Of a stretch of DNA of 64,000 nt, positions 44,827 through 57,622 are shown piece after piece. The DNA comes from Piedraia hortae CBS 480.64 (taxonomy: Eukaryota): assembly GCA_010093745.1 (NCBI GenBank), contig MU005959.1, forward strand, positions 362,270-426,269. The letters run 5' to 3'. The notes beneath the pieces were generated by a model. That model worked only from the letters and a program-made list of their open reading frames with translations. It was not told the origin of the DNA and did no database searches. The position numbers were made by a program, and so were the translations under genes. Every line of letters starts with the position of its first letter. Positions within the stretch are counted from its first letter, which is position 1.

Positions 44827-45390
44827 ATGCCAGAATCTCGCTCGAAAGACCCATTCGTTTGGATCGACTGTGAGATGACGGGTCTAGATTCTGAAAGCGA
44901 TACCATAATGTCCCTCTGCTGCTTCATCACCGACTACAATTTGAACATCATGGATGAAGCCGGCTATGAAGCAATCATACATCATGATCAGGCTCAACTT
45001 GACATCATGGGACCTTGGTGTAAAAAGCATCATGCGGCCAGCGGCCTTTCAAAGGCTTGTTTAGAGTCATCTACCACTGCAGCTACAGCCGCGCTGGGTC
45101 TACTGGCTTACATCCAGAAGTATGTTCCCGAAAAGCGGAAGGCATTATTAGCGGGAAATTCTGTCCATGCAGACAAGGCCTTTTTGACAAAAGAACCGTG
45201 GAGGAAAGTTGTCAAACACCTCCATCACCGAATCCTGGATGTTAGTGCCATTAAAGAGGCGGCAAGGCGGTGGGCACCTGATGAGGTGCTCAAGGGTTGC
45301 CCACAGAAATTGGGTAAACACGAAGCCCGAGAGGATATCCTGGAGAGCATCAGAGAAGCAAGATACTACAAAGAAAAGCTTTTCCAGTAG
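44827..45390 (+). CDS. REX2: Oligoribonuclease (DEDDh exonuclease)
   Basis: 'VWIDCEMTGL', 'LAGNSVHADKAFL', 'HHRILDVS', 'HEAREDILESI'. Confidence 0.93.
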   Translation: MPESRSKDPFVWIDCEMTGLDSESDTIMSLCCFITDYNLNIMDEAGYEAIIHHDQAQLDIMGPWCKKHHAASGLSKACLESSTTAATAALGLLAYIQKYVPEKRKALLAGNSVHADKAFLTKEPWRKVVKHLHHRILDVSAIKEAARRWAPDEVLKGCPQKLGKHEAREDILESIREARYYKEKLFQ

Positions 45391-45457
45391 CACCTCTCCC
45401 AGTACAGGCTTACCTTTGGAATAAATACTCGACTAGCACATGAAGTCGAGCGTGCTA

Positions 45458-46441
45458 TTATACGTATACAATTTGCGCAGTGTGTTCTGACTTGCCCGAA
45501 TCGTCATACATCAAGGCTGCATTTACCATGATCGTCTCCCTAACCTTGCCGCCCCATAGCTGCTCCCAGATGATGCCCAGCAATCCATACACAGCCACCC
45601 GAGCCAGATCCAGCCAGCTCCGAGGATGTATTAAGCCTCTTACTAGTCCGTCTGGTCGACTTAGCGCACGTTCAACCATCTTCTCTCCCTTGTCCCACTT
45701 GACTGTTTCTCTGCCCCTTCTCAACCAACCTATCCACTCTGTTCTGCCGGAGTGAATATGGCCAAAAACGTGGACCTTTGGCAAGACTCTACATACCTCT
45801 CTCAACAAATTCTCATCGCCCAAGGCTGCTGGTAAATCCAAGTGATACTTTGGAGGGCTGTGCGTCACCAAGATATCAGTACCGTCTGGGATCGTGTTGG
45901 TCCACGCATCCAGTTCTTTCGGGTACTGAAAAGCAAACTCATCGTTTCCACACGCAGTTTGAGGGGCACCGAAGACGCTCAGTTGCCTTTTACCGTGAAA
46001 AAAGTCTAGAGACACGGAAGTGTGTTGAAGGTATCGAACGTTCTTCCAGTCAATCGTACCTTGCTGATCATCTGAAGACAGTATTGTTCGTACTTTTGGA
46101 TCAAGCCAAGTATCATGGTTCCCGGCAATTACAATCTTATGTCCATGTGGTAGGCTGTCCAGCCAATCAATCTGTTGTTGAAGCTCTGCGGGGGTTCCGG
46201 CGTCGGTCAAATCACCAGCATGAATTAGGACATCACCGTCGGGAATGTCATGCCTAGTGACGCAGTGCGTGTCGGAAATGCACACGAGGCGGATGGGTGG
46301 GGACCCCGGCACCGGCCGAGGTCGAAATAGAGCGATGAAGAAGCTCAGAAACCGAACCTGCGTCTTTACCGGCTGAGTTAGGACGGTATAGACCAAAGAG
46401 GGAGGGTTATATGGACTGCTGGGCGCCAGAAACCCAAACAT
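45458..46441 (-). CDS. Calcineurin-like metallophosphoesterase (MPPED/239FB family)
   Basis: 'VCISDTH', 'HAGDLT', 'IAGNHD', 'LVTHSPP', 'HVFGHIH', 'MVNAA'; ATG at 46441. Confidence 0.88.
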   Translation of the reverse strand: MFGFLAPSSPYNPPSLVYTVLTQPVKTQVRFLSFFIALFRPRPVPGSPPIRLVCISDTHCVTRHDIPDGDVLIHAGDLTDAGTPAELQQQIDWLDSLPHGHKIVIAGNHDTWLDPKVRTILSSDDQQGTIDWKNVRYLQHTSVSLDFFHGKRQLSVFGAPQTACGNDEFAFQYPKELDAWTNTIPDGTDILVTHSPPKYHLDLPAALGDENLLREVCRVLPKVHVFGHIHSGRTEWIGWLRRGRETVKWDKGEKMVERALSRPDGLVRGLIHPRSWLDLARVAVYGLLGIIWEQLWGGKVRETIMVNAALMYDDSGKSEHTAQIVYV

Positions 46442-46596
46442 CTCGTGACAGGCCTTGACAGCTTGAGACTTCCGTATCACAAGAACTGGACCCCAGGAAC
46501 AAGCGCCAGCATGACGTCAGCGGGGTCATGGAACGAGCAAACTTGGTCCAGCGCGTGCCCCCCTAGAATCAGATTCCTTCGTCTTAAGCAGTAGCC

Positions 46597-48841
46597 ATGG
46601 AGAAGAGTCGTGGCTTGCAGACCAACATGGACGTCGACTATGTCATAGTCTTCAGATATGCCACCACGGGTGCGTAATCACCTATGATAGTAGACATGTC
46701 TTGCTAAAGATGTTGTAGAAAAGGAAAAGGCTGCAGCTCGCTTTCAGGAGCTTGTGCAGCGATTGTCTTCGGTTGGGTTGGCTACGGAGGTCAGGAATGG
46801 CAAGGAACATTCGGTTCTCGTCTTCGTGCGCGTGGCTAGTGCCCAGCACATGTATGCTGAGGTTTACCGCTCGCGGGTGCGAGATTGGATCCATGGGATT
46901 CGCCAAGCTGAGCCCTCCAAAGATACACAGTCAGCATTGGAAAAAGAGCCGTTGACCGAAGCTGAACGTTTGCGGATCATCTACATGATGATTACAAACC
47001 CCGAAAGTGAGGGTGGCGCTGGAATTACTCCCAAGAAGGGCGAGTGGAAGAACGTAGAGAGCGTGTTTGCCTTGCATGACCATAGTTACAACAAGCAATG
47101 GATCAAGGAGTGGAGCACAAAGTGGCTACTCAGCCCCAACGATCTTGACGAGATGCGTAACCGGCTGGGCGAACGCATTGCCTTCTACTTTGCCTTTACT
47201 CAAGGCTACGTCCTCTTCCTGACTATTCCAGCTGCCTTTGGTTTTGTGGCCTGGCTTTTACTGGGACACTTTAGCGCCATCTACGGTGTTGCCTGCAGTC
47301 TTTGGTGTATCGTCTTCACCGAATGGTGGAAGTACCGTGAGCGTGATCTCGCCCTTCGATGGGGCGTTCGTGGGGTCAGCACTCTTGAAAACAAGCGACG
47401 TGAGTTCAGAGGGACTCAGAAACAGGTGGACCCTGTTACTGGCGAGACGGTGGAACACTTCCCTGCTATGCAGAGAGCCCAGCGGCAGGTGCTTCAGCTG
47501 CCATTTGCCATTATTGCTGCAGTAATTCTTGGCTCGCTTATCACAGCTTGCTTTGGCATCGAGGTTTTCCTCTCAGAGGTTTACAACGGCCCGTTCAAAT
47601 CGTATCTGGTTTTCTTGCCTACCGTTTTGCTAACGGTGGGCCTGCCAATGTTGAGCGGCTTCTTGACGAGCCTGGCAACACGTCTGAACGATTACGAAAA
47701 CTACGAGACCAACTCGAGGTACGAGTCTGCGCTGATCTCCAAGATCTTTGTGCTCAACTTTGTTACCTCGTATCTGCCCATCTTTTTGACAGCATTCGTC
47801 TATGTACCTTTTGGACGCTTGCTCGTGCCATACTTGGACGTATTCAAGCTCACGGCCAGGCCATTTGCGGAATCGGAAAAGCAGCTGAACACGCCCAACA
47901 ATCCTGCCCAGTTCACAATCAATCCGCAGAGACTGCGGAAACAAGTCATATACTTCACTGTTACGGCCCAACTGGTCAACTTCGCCCTCGAGGTGGTTGT
48001 GCCCTATCTCAAGCGGCAGGGATTTGTGAAGTTGAAGGAAATGCAATCGAAGCGGGCTGCAAAGAATGGCAAAGCTTCGCTTGACCCTAGTGCAGACGAT
48101 CCATCCGGGGAGAAGGAGTTCTTGGATCGTTTGCGAAAGGAAGCAGATCTCGATGTGTACGACGTTGACGCTGACTTGCGTGAGATGGTGGTGCAGTACG
48201 GGTACCTGTCCCTCTTTAGCGTGGTGTGGCCTTTGGTTGGACTTAGCTTCTTGGTCAATGACTGGGTTGAACTCCGTGCTGACGCAGTCAAGATCTGTGT
48301 GGAGATGCAGCGGCCCACGCCTTGGCGCGCCGACACAATTGGACCCTGGCTGGATGTCCTGAGCTTCCTAACCTGGCTGGGATCCATCACCATGTCAGCT
48401 CTTGTCTATCTGTTCTCCAATGACGGCCTGGGGCCAGACGGCAGCCCGTCTGATATTAAGGGCTGGGGCTTGTTGCTTACCATCTTCTTCTCGGAACACA
48501 TCTTTCTGCTTGTCCGATGGGCCATCTCGACCGCCATCAACAGCATCGATTCCCCCGCCCGCCAGCGTGAGCGTCGGGATCGGTACCTTACTCGCCAGAA
48601 GTACTTTGGCGAAAGCTTCAATACCACAAAGCAACTCCCAATGGAACAATCACAGCGGCCGCGGGAAATCACGCGAAGTTCTCTGGAAGAAGATGCGAGA
48701 GAGAGCAGCATGGCAACCACTACCGATTCAGAAAGGTTTTGGTCCAGGCAGAGAGGCTGGCAGGAGTCCGCAAAGGTTGGTCTAGGATTCATTGAACGCG
48801 CGCCTGTCCACGAGACGGTCAAGGAGAAGAAGGAACTGTGA
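46597..48841 (+). CDS. IST2: Anoctamin/TMEM16 (Ist2-like) Ca2+-activated scramblase or channel, 2 exons
   Basis: Exon 1 46597-46669 ('VDYVIVFRY'), intron 46670-46718 (49 nt). 'GERIAFYFAF', 'LNDYENYET', 'DLREMVVQYGYLSLFS', 'NDWVELRAD', 'DTIGPW'; multiple TMs. Confidence 0.88.
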
Positions 48842-49037
48842 GGTTAACAGAACCTCTATCGCTACCTACATAGTCATGAACACGCTTACGAACATTTATA
48901 TCTATCGTCGCAGTATCTCATGCAAAATCTATTATGTCTAGATGGCTTTGCCACAGTGCGTGAATCGAAGGTTTGGAACAACCGTCCCAGATCGCAATTT
49001 CACCAAGGCGATGGATATCCTGCCCCAGGACATGGAA

Positions 49038-50435
49038 CTACGCCTCACCGCCCTCATTCTTTTCTTTAGCATTCAGACCCAACGGGTCAGGTTGCGTCTC
49101 CTCCACCTTCCCCGTAGCACTATCACGAGACTTCTTCTTGAAGCTCCACCCACCAGACCATCCAAGCCAGCCTTCTTCCCACGGGCCACGCACAATATTT
49201 ACCAAAAAAGCCATTCCGAGGCATCCCATGCTAAAGCTCCCGCTTGCTATCCACCCGTCATTGGAAAACAACGCCGCACCGACCGAAGTACCCGTAAGCT
49301 GACCCAAAAACGTCGAGATCATGATCGCCGTGTTGAGCCTGTTCCGACCCTTGGGCTCAACGGCAAAAATGGCATTTCGGTTGGCAATTTGCGTGGACTG
49401 CATCCCAAAATCGTTTAGCATGGCTTGGATGATAGGTCCCGCGAGGGTTATGGTGCCGGTATAGGTCCCTATACTGACTCCTATGAGTGCATAAAACACC
49501 CCGAGTAGGATGCTGAGGGCGGGGACGTAGCGGTCTATGAAGAAACGAGCATAGATGGGGATACATGTCATTGTTCCGACGCCGGTTAGGGACATTAGGC
49601 CTATCTTGACGGGGTCGAAGTGGTAGGGTGAACCTGCGAGGAGGAAGGTCACCGTCGTCCAGAAGTTTGTGAACGTTGCGCTGATGAAGAAGCTTGTTAG
49701 GCAGCCCTGTACCAGTACGGGGTGTTTGGTGAACATGACTACGATGGACCAGAGGAGTTTGAGGTAGTTGGATCTTTCGTTTGTGGCGGGATAGTCGGGC
49801 ATGAACAGCCATAGACCGATGAAAATGCTATATTGTAGGCCTGTGGAGAGCCAGTATACATTCCGCCATGAAGTGTACTGCGTCATGACGCCTGAGAGGA
49901 GGCGAGCCAGGAGGATGCCCATGGCCAAAGACGAGACGACAATCGACATGGCTGTCGCACGACGCTTCGGAGGCGCCAGATCACCGACCAGCGGGAGCAT
50001 GAGCTGCGGTGTCACCGTCGTCACGGCCGTGAGGAACTGAATGACCTGAAAGACGACGACGGAGCTGGTCAGACACAGGCCGATGCTCAGACATGACGTG
50101 CAGAAGACGAGCGCCAGTACAAACGGCCGCCGCTGCACCATGTCACCCAGCGGACAGAGTAGCAGCAGGCCGACGGCGTAGCCGGCCTGGGCCAGGGTCG
50201 GGATGTTGGCAACCTCCCTGTAGTCGACATTGAAGTCGCGGGCGAGGATGTTGAGTATGGGATGGTTATAGTACAGATTCGCGACGGTAAATGCTCCGGC
50301 GAGCCCAAACAGGATGTTCAACGCCAATGAGAACTTGGGCGGCTTGGACGCGTCCCAGCGCACGTTGGGCGGCGTCCAGAGCATAGTCCTCCATAGCCGC
50401 TTGATCTTCGGCTGTTTTTCGCCGTCAGTTGACAT
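49038..50435 (-). CDS. Major facilitator superfamily transporter
   Basis: About 12 hydrophobic segments; 'ANLYYNHPIL', 'QAGYAVGLLLLCPLGD..RR', 'GILLARLLSG', 'RNRLNT'. Confidence 0.88.
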   Translation of the reverse strand: MSTDGEKQPKIKRLWRTMLWTPPNVRWDASKPPKFSLALNILFGLAGAFTVANLYYNHPILNILARDFNVDYREVANIPTLAQAGYAVGLLLLCPLGDMVQRRPFVLALVFCTSCLSIGLCLTSSVVVFQVIQFLTAVTTVTPQLMLPLVGDLAPPKRRATAMSIVVSSLAMGILLARLLSGVMTQYTSWRNVYWLSTGLQYSIFIGLWLFMPDYPATNERSNYLKLLWSIVVMFTKHPVLVQGCLTSFFISATFTNFWTTVTFLLAGSPYHFDPVKIGLMSLTGVGTMTCIPIYARFFIDRYVPALSILLGVFYALIGVSIGTYTGTITLAGPIIQAMLNDFGMQSTQIANRNAIFAVEPKGRNRLNTAIMISTFLGQLTGTSVGAALFSNDGWIASGSFSMGCLGMAFLVNIVRGPWEEGWLGWSGGWSFKKKSRDSATGKVEETQPDPLGLNAKEKNEGGEA

Positions 50436-50756
50436 GGTGTTCGGTTATGACGTCTTGCCCTCAACGTCACGTTAAACCGACGCCGTTGAAGTTCATCTTG
50501 TGCGTGGCGAATCTGGCCCGCTCCCATCCGTGCGTGCCTCCCTGCATCCTCTCGCCTTGTCTATGTTGGTGGGAAAGCCACCGGCAACGTCGGAGAGATA
50601 ACCAATCACGTGGCGCTCCTCCTATCTGTTCGGCCCTGGCTGAATGGAACTTTGGGCAGCTTACCCACACGAAGCTGTTCCTTCTCTCGCAGGCGAAACT
50701 TTTTTTTCAATCATTTCCCAATTCATCCCGTAGTCTTTTCCTTCCTCAGTGGCGAA

Positions 50757-51116
50757 ATGGGCGTTTTTTCCATTTTACCGGATCATCTCTCCGTTATCGA
50801 GACTTGGCTTGTACGCCTCTTCGTGCGTAGCGAATCCCGCATCCATCCATCCTCCTCCACCTAATCGCTGTAGATTGTACTAGCGGCAATCACAATCGGC
50901 CCCTGGCTAATTATGCTCCTTTACGATTTTGGCCTGTATGCCTGGCGATCAGCGACATATGATCTTCCCGGAATAGGTGGTCGGACAAGGGGTAAGGGCC
51001 ATCCCCGGCCGCCGAGTTTTGTGGAGCATTTTGATGGGAATAAAAGGTCGCTTGGCATTAGGAACGCTAATGGCTTCTTTGAGATGTGTGAGGGTGTTGA
51101 TGACAAGGTTTCTTGA
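50757..51116 (+). CDS. Small conserved fungal membrane protein, 2 exons
   Basis: Exon 1 50757-50822 (MGVFSILPDHLSVIETWLVRLF), intron 50823-50873 (GTGCGT...CTAAT...TAG), exon 2 'IGPWLIMLLYDFGLYAWR...P.IGGRTRG..PRPPS'. Confidence 0.75.
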
Positions 51117-52877
51117 CCCTGGTGCTCCGGGAAGCTAGTGTGACGATGATGTATAATGTGGTTCGATGGGGACCTAATATGGGCGTCACGGTATTGTGTT
51201 GACCGAAGGAATCTAAAAAGCGTCTGCGATGATACGACACATTGTTTAATCTACGAATCCTCTTTATTCATCACGCCAAGCCTCCCACACATCACCTGGG
51301 TAAGTGAATTTCAGACTACGACATCCCCTTTCAGATCAAGTAGTGGCGAACATTATGATAGCGCTGCAGTTGAGCCAGGCAATGACAGATTGGTCTTGTG
51401 AAAGGAATTCGAACGCTATATCTAGGATCCGCTGTGTCCAGCTGTATACATGTGCGAGACCACAGTCTGCTGAGGGAGTCTGCTGTACCCATCGTGCGCT
51501 ATACCCCGACTTGACTATGTTGAGACAGCATGCAGTCACCATGGCTAGCAGTGTCATTGTGACATGATGGCCATGAAAACAATCTGCGTGCGAATCACAC
51601 TTCGATGTTGTAAATCTTCACGAAATGAAGTCTGTTGCAAGAGCTGTATGCTTCTGCTTCATGGGATGAGTTCCAATCGCCGTGGTACAATGTGCTTGCA
51701 AGACAGCGTACATCGTGGAAAACGAACACTCGTCACATTTCCTCATCGCGCAGGGTATCGTGTGTAGAGATATGGTGTGCAAAATCAATCAGGCGTTGTG
51801 GTATTAATCTCAAAGCAAGATATCACATACCTGATGAGAGTTTCACACCAAATTCAAACTCTTGTGACGAATGAAACTCAATTAACGGTCCTGAATGCTG
51901 CCACATTGTCACATAGTCAAGCAGAAGATTTGTAGCATGCTGCCACGCCGTCACGCTGAGAGTACCGAACACTTGGAGCCACCTTCAACTGGCAGGATGC
52001 GCGACAGAACCTCTTCAGGAAGGGTCTCGGCGATGGATGATGAGAGGTAAGCTATACTGATTGGACTGAGAGACTGCATCGAAGTGTATCGGAAATTAAA
52101 CTCTCCGGGCTCATAACCATCGGAGTGCGGGAGGAAGCTACTTACATCACTCCGATAATGGTAGATGGTGGGGCGGTGAACAGTGTGTGTTATGTCTCAA
52201 CATTAATGACTGCGGATCTCGGTTCTCTTTTTCACCCCACCCGCTCTGCTAATTGCAGAGGGTGTTTATAAACGCTGGGTGCAAATTAGACCGGTGAGGG
52301 AAAGTCAGAGGGTGTCCAGCCTCCTCGCAGAGCGGGGGTGAAGTAGGTGGTATTGTAAGGGAGATGAAACAGAAGATTTTAAATGGCGTAAATCCCGATC
52401 TTGCGCATGTTGTTACCGAGTCGGTGTTGGCGACGGGGAATGGAAGGGTTGGATGTCTTTTGAGGGTGGAACCTAAGTCTGAACTTAAGGTTTGTGGTTT
52501 TTGGGTTTTTGGGGAGAAGCTTACTTTAGATATGTAGGTTATGTTTCAGGCGACATATGAGGCGCTCCTGGAGGTTTTGTTTGAGATGGCTGTTGAGAGT
52601 CTAGGGGTAGGACTGGGTTGGGGGAAAAGGGGGAGGGCATGTTGATTGGGTGGAAAGTGGTGGGACTCTGGGAATTTAACCCTACATTATTCAATGTCTC
52701 CACGAAGCTGGCAAGATAGGCTGGACGAACATGAATGGTTTCTCATCTATTACGACGATGTGCCATTTAAGAGGCAGCGGCCGGATTTTCGCGGGCGCGC
52801 ATGCAATATTTAAGCGAACTCAATTTCATACTTTTGCGTTCGGTTCTCTGCGTCAGGAGCTCTACACATTGGAGCTA

Positions 52878-53060
52878 GGTCCTTACCCAATCGGCGCAGA
52901 CTGTTACACTCGATGCGAGGGGATTTTTCTCCGGGACGCGGGCGCTATAAGTTAGTTACATAGCGAGTGCGCATCGAACTATTAGCCTCCGGATTCCAAT
53001 CCTGCTGCATTAATTCTTCGCACCTCCCATTCCACTTGGTGCAAGAGAATTCCTCAATGG
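52878..53060 (-). pseudogene. Decayed paralog of the ORF at 62702-63289 (unknown family)
   Basis: Minus-strand translation IEEFSCTKWNGRCEELMQQDWNPEANSSMRTRYVTNL*RPRPGEKSPRIECNSLRRLGKDL aligns with LENFFCAWRNGRRHENLLQQGWKAEADSSMRTRDATNSRCQHLGKEFPCFGCGSLRRLGKDL. In-frame TAG at 52945-52947. Confidence 0.75.
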
Positions 53061-53653
53061 CAGTGGCCAGATGGTCGCGGATGATGGGTGGAAAGTCACA
53101 GCTGTGTCCTCTACTCGGATGAGATCAAGGCGCCATGTTCGTCCTCAGCAAAAATCACAAATCAAAAAGGTTAAGTTTTCACGGTTGCGTTCCAGTGTTT
53201 GCTGAAGTATGGCACATGGAAGGCAGGCTAGGTGGGCATTCGGTGTACAAAACGTCTGGTAACGCTTCAAAACCGAATCCATGTATTCATTCCTCCACTG
53301 TTTTCTAATGATCGGACTCTTGCGAGAGATACCACATTCATGCGCTTGAGCTTTACACTATTGAGCTGATGGCAAACACACTGTAAATGCTCACTGGAAA
53401 AGGAAATCCCCCATCTCGATAAACATTGTAATAGATCCCATTCATTATCCATTAGCATGAGAATACCCGCAAAAAGCTCAGTATTTGAAAAGACTCACTG
53501 CTAGCCCTCCTAGGTATGTCTAGATGAAAAAACCCCCCGCACATATCTAAGCTTCCACGTGATTGAGCCCGAAAAGATTTCTATCATAACGTAGAATCTG
53601 GGACATAAGATCAATACAGCCAAACATTTCTGTACCCTGCATGACACAGCATC

Positions 53654-54988
53654 ATGCCGGGGGGTTAGCTGTGTAGGGCACTCTCAGACTTCCCCGCAGA
53701 GATTCTTGTAAGCATCTTCCAGCAGTTAGAAACCGACCAGGGCTCCTTGTACCATGTTACGCTCGTGTGCAAGCCTTTTAATGAAGTCGGCACAGAAGTT
53801 CTTTGGCGCAAAGCCACCAATGCTCTGTTCCAAGTAGACAGTCAGCAGAGCCTTGCTAAAAATTCCGACATCCCCATATGTATGATGGCAAAGGAAAAAT
53901 TGATCACAGCCACTTAAGAGGTCTGCCGAATCCTCAGCTCCGTAGTGTTGCGGTAGGACATTATATCCCAGGTTAATGCAGAGACAATGCGCCGCCGGAC
54001 CTATTCCACAAGCTAAGCGTGCTCGAACCCTATGAGGAAGATCCTTTCAAGAAACTACGAGCCGAATTAGTCGAGTGAAAAGTCGATTTAATCGAACAAA
54101 ATCTATCGAGTAGTCTACAAGCACTTCACGTCTTTGACATGGAGTGGGTGGAGATTCTTTTCCCTCTTTTGCCAGAAAAATATCCTCAATTTGAGCAATT
54201 GTACATCCTAAATTTTCCTTCGCAGCATGAGTTAACGGCAGAAGATCTTGTGCACGTCTTGGCACAGTTTGAGCACCTCGTGAGTTTCACTATCAACTAT
54301 GTCTCAAGCGGTGCCATGAGGCTTGATGCAAACTCGGCCCTTTCCATGATGATCAGTTGCCCAAAGCTCCGGACTCTGAAGCTGCCTAATTGCTTGGACG
54401 TAGCTATGCTCCAAGCCCCTAGTATGCTCAACCCAAACCTCTTTTCGAATGTCGAGTCTCCTGGGATGTGGCTCACAATGGATGTAATGCCGTTCGTTCC
54501 GAAGCCTTCACAACCTCGTGCTGGCGGTTTCAAACTCCCGCGCCGGCGTGCTCAGTTACCTCAGCTCCATAAAGCAGCTGCAAGGGCTGAAAATCGAGTT
54601 CCGCAGGTATGCCTTCTTCAACCGCGTGGACATCGACTCGTTGTGCGGCATGAAGTTGCTCAAACGTCTTGAACTGACAGAAGGCTACCAGACCACGTTG
54701 CTAATCATTCTCTTCGCGAGCCAACGGGAACTGATCGAGATATTCTCTTCTCTGCACCTCCTGCGGGTTTTGAGCATATGGTTAATCAACAACACGAGCC
54801 CGGCGGTTTTCAGGACTCGGTTTGGGAACAATCGCATGCTCAGATCATGTGCTATCTACCCTGACCTTGGCCTGAACTCACTGATAAACGAGCATGTCCC
54901 GCTTTGTCCCAGTCACGAAGATTTCTGTCTCGAGAACGCTAAGCCCAAAGGGACACTCTCATGGAAAGGCATATGCCCATCGTCATGA
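53654..54988 (+). pseudogene. F-box plus LRR-like protein pseudogene
   Basis: ATG 53654, TAG at codon 5 (53666), then F-box 'LSDFPAEILVSIFQQL...LYHVTLVCKPFNEVGTEVLWR'. Downstream LRR-like pieces ('CPKLRTLKL', 'IKQLQGLKI', 'MKLLKRLEL', 'LHLLRVLSI') are split over frames. Confidence 0.72.
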
Positions 54989-57622
54989 GAGTTTGGTTTG
55001 AACCGCACTCATTCCTGAAAGTTGATCCGCACTGTTCTCTGGCCGGCAAGACTGTTACGGACTTTCAGAAACGTACGGGACGGCGATACGGGATGAAGAT
55101 GCAGCATATGTCCAAGTGGTTGAATTGAGCTCGAGGAGATGGAAGTTCTTCGAATATTGGCATGTTTGCACATCTTCCAGTACGTAGCATTCGTATGGCA
55201 CGACTTTGACTCGTGTAACGGTCGAGGCTGAGGCAGGATAAAGAACTTGAAACTTTACAAGACTATTCCCCGAATTCATGCTTATGACATCGTAATAGTT
55301 CGTCCTTGCGTGGAATTGCGTATACTATCTCCAAGTACACTTCTTATGTTTGCGTTGTTAACCTTAAGCCTTGACTGCGTAGCATCCCAATGTGCCCTCG
55401 GCCCTCAAACAATTAGTGTCAGAGGGTTAGCCTCTGATGATGGAAGTGAAAACTAGATGAAGGATCAGTGTGTCAGGTTATTCGACCCTGACAAAACGTG
55501 TGTGTGCATGTTCGTCCACGTAGTTGTTGAGGTGATCAGGTGGTCAGGTGAAGTGCGGAATGTCACCCCATGTTGACCCAGGTCCAGCCGCATTCACCGC
55601 GACAACGTCAGCGAGCATGCACTGAGCATGAACAGGACTGTGCCTCGTACGAGGGGAAACTTCCTCCTAAGAGGTAAAAACCCTGGCAAGCCTCAACTTC
55701 TAAGACCTTCTGACAACCAGGCACTTGCCACGTAGTTGTAGGATGCAATACCACCGACAATTTGTATGTCCACAACGATATTCTCCGCCCCGGTCGAACG
55801 CCTTCGCCGTAATCGAGGAAGTCATTTCTTTGAGCTATCGCACTTTACTAAATAATACTATCGATGGTGTTTGGTTGATCAGCTCAAGACAAGTCCACTT
55901 CCAGGTGTGATTGGGGCCGGGAAGGCTTTCCTTCTATACCTTGTGTGAAGCTCGGTTTCTTCCGAGTTGTCTGTCAAGGATGGGCCTTCGCATATGCATT
56001 CAGATAGTTTGCCTTGCGTAGTGGTCATTCGTATTACCAAAATTGAGATCTAACGTTCGGGATTTTGATACTTAGGTTCATGTCTTGGCTTATGGAGGTG
56101 ATGGATCGAACTCAGTAATGACGGTAGCTGGCAACCTTGTTTGAGATGCTTCCGAGGACGGCTAAATTCTATGTGCGGGAATGAGATGATTGTAATCCGT
56201 TGAGGAACGCGACGTCCCCTAAGAGCATACAAATATGATTTGTCAATACACTCACACTAACGTAGAGCAGGGTTGTTGAGAAGGTAAATAGGAATAAATT
56301 GTTGGATTCAAGCATCGCCGCTAGCGCGTATGCAGGGCACTTGCATAGCAAGTCAGCGATACCTCCTACACTACCGGCTGCACCCTAGGTTTTTCCCTCA
56401 CAGAGTTTTTCCTCAGGGTCATGTCATATGTGACATGGTGAATACGCCCCGCTAGTGTACGACGTGACGTCACCGGCCCACCGGTACAGAATTTTTATTC
56501 TGGACGCCCCCTGATTGATATAGTGATTGATACTACCATACTGCAACTGGTATTTGACTCACATACGTCTACATCTTTCCTGTCCCTGATTCCGTCTATC
56601 GCTCCGTCCTCTTCGGTTCGCTGTGCACTCTCACCCACGAGAGCAAAATCTCAACATAAATGGTGGGGCTTTCAGGTCTAGATCCTAGGCATCAAGGGCC
56701 GGTCCAACCTTAGGGATTACAGAAAGTTACTGTTTGAGGTAAGCACGTGGTGGAAAGATTAGCGTCCTTAGCGCTTGGCAAAATCACGTGGCAAAAAAAT
56801 ATCTTCACGACTCATGTCACCACAAATAGACATATGATGTTCAAATCTTGCGTATATGTAGTGCTACAGAAATAGAACATCCAAGACATGGTTTGGAATG
56901 ACAGTACTTCGTGATGTTTCTGTCAGACGCCTGCCGGAGGAGGTGGATAGGGCACCGGATATCTCACTGAGGATGTTTCCGCTGGGTCGTGGTCACGTCA
57001 TAGGACGCTGTCACGGAATGCAGTTCGGGTCGTGCCGGAGTGTGGGGGCAGTCTTGATAAACAAGTCATCCCCACATCTCCCCTTTCCTATAGTCGTGGA
57101 CATCGTAGTTACGGTATCATGCACTCTTATAAGCTCCTTCTCCTGGTTTCAGATAAAACGCGAAACATTTCCGCCTCTCCAACTTTAAATGCATGTTACT
57201 AGACTTAGGGCCACGTAGGAGCTTTGTAGGCTAGTGCGAACTTTACTTTTCTGAATTCGAATTTTCTTAGAAGGGAGGCCGGAAGAGCTGAACGGGAAAT
57301 GATGTAATCAGGTTGGCCAGCCGGACAGTATATGCAGTGTGATGTCATGCTGCAACCAGGCGACTCATCACTCGTTTGGAGATTGTGCAGAAAGTTGATG
57401 TTTATGGATGATGTCAATGTTCATGAAAGGTATTCCTGCTATCGGAGGCTCCATAGGCTTCAATGAGCAGAACTCCGGTGATAGTTACGCAGAATTGCCC
57501 ACAACTGAGCTTCTGCAGAGCAACCGCGCACTTCATGGCTGTGCATGCATGCAAGGCTGAACGAGGTTCAGGTGATTAAACGAACCCCGCACGCCATCCT
57601 TCTCCCCTCCGACACCTCCAAT

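Noticed and set aside
49038..50435. Recent horizontal transfer of the intronless, bacterial-looking MFS gene
   Set aside because: This MFS subfamily is common in fungi and many native genes here are also intronless; there is no positive evidence.
51950..52650. Minus-strand peptide-like stretches (e.g. AETLPEEVLSRILP)
   Set aside because: May be another decayed gene, but stops are frequent and no family motif can be supported.
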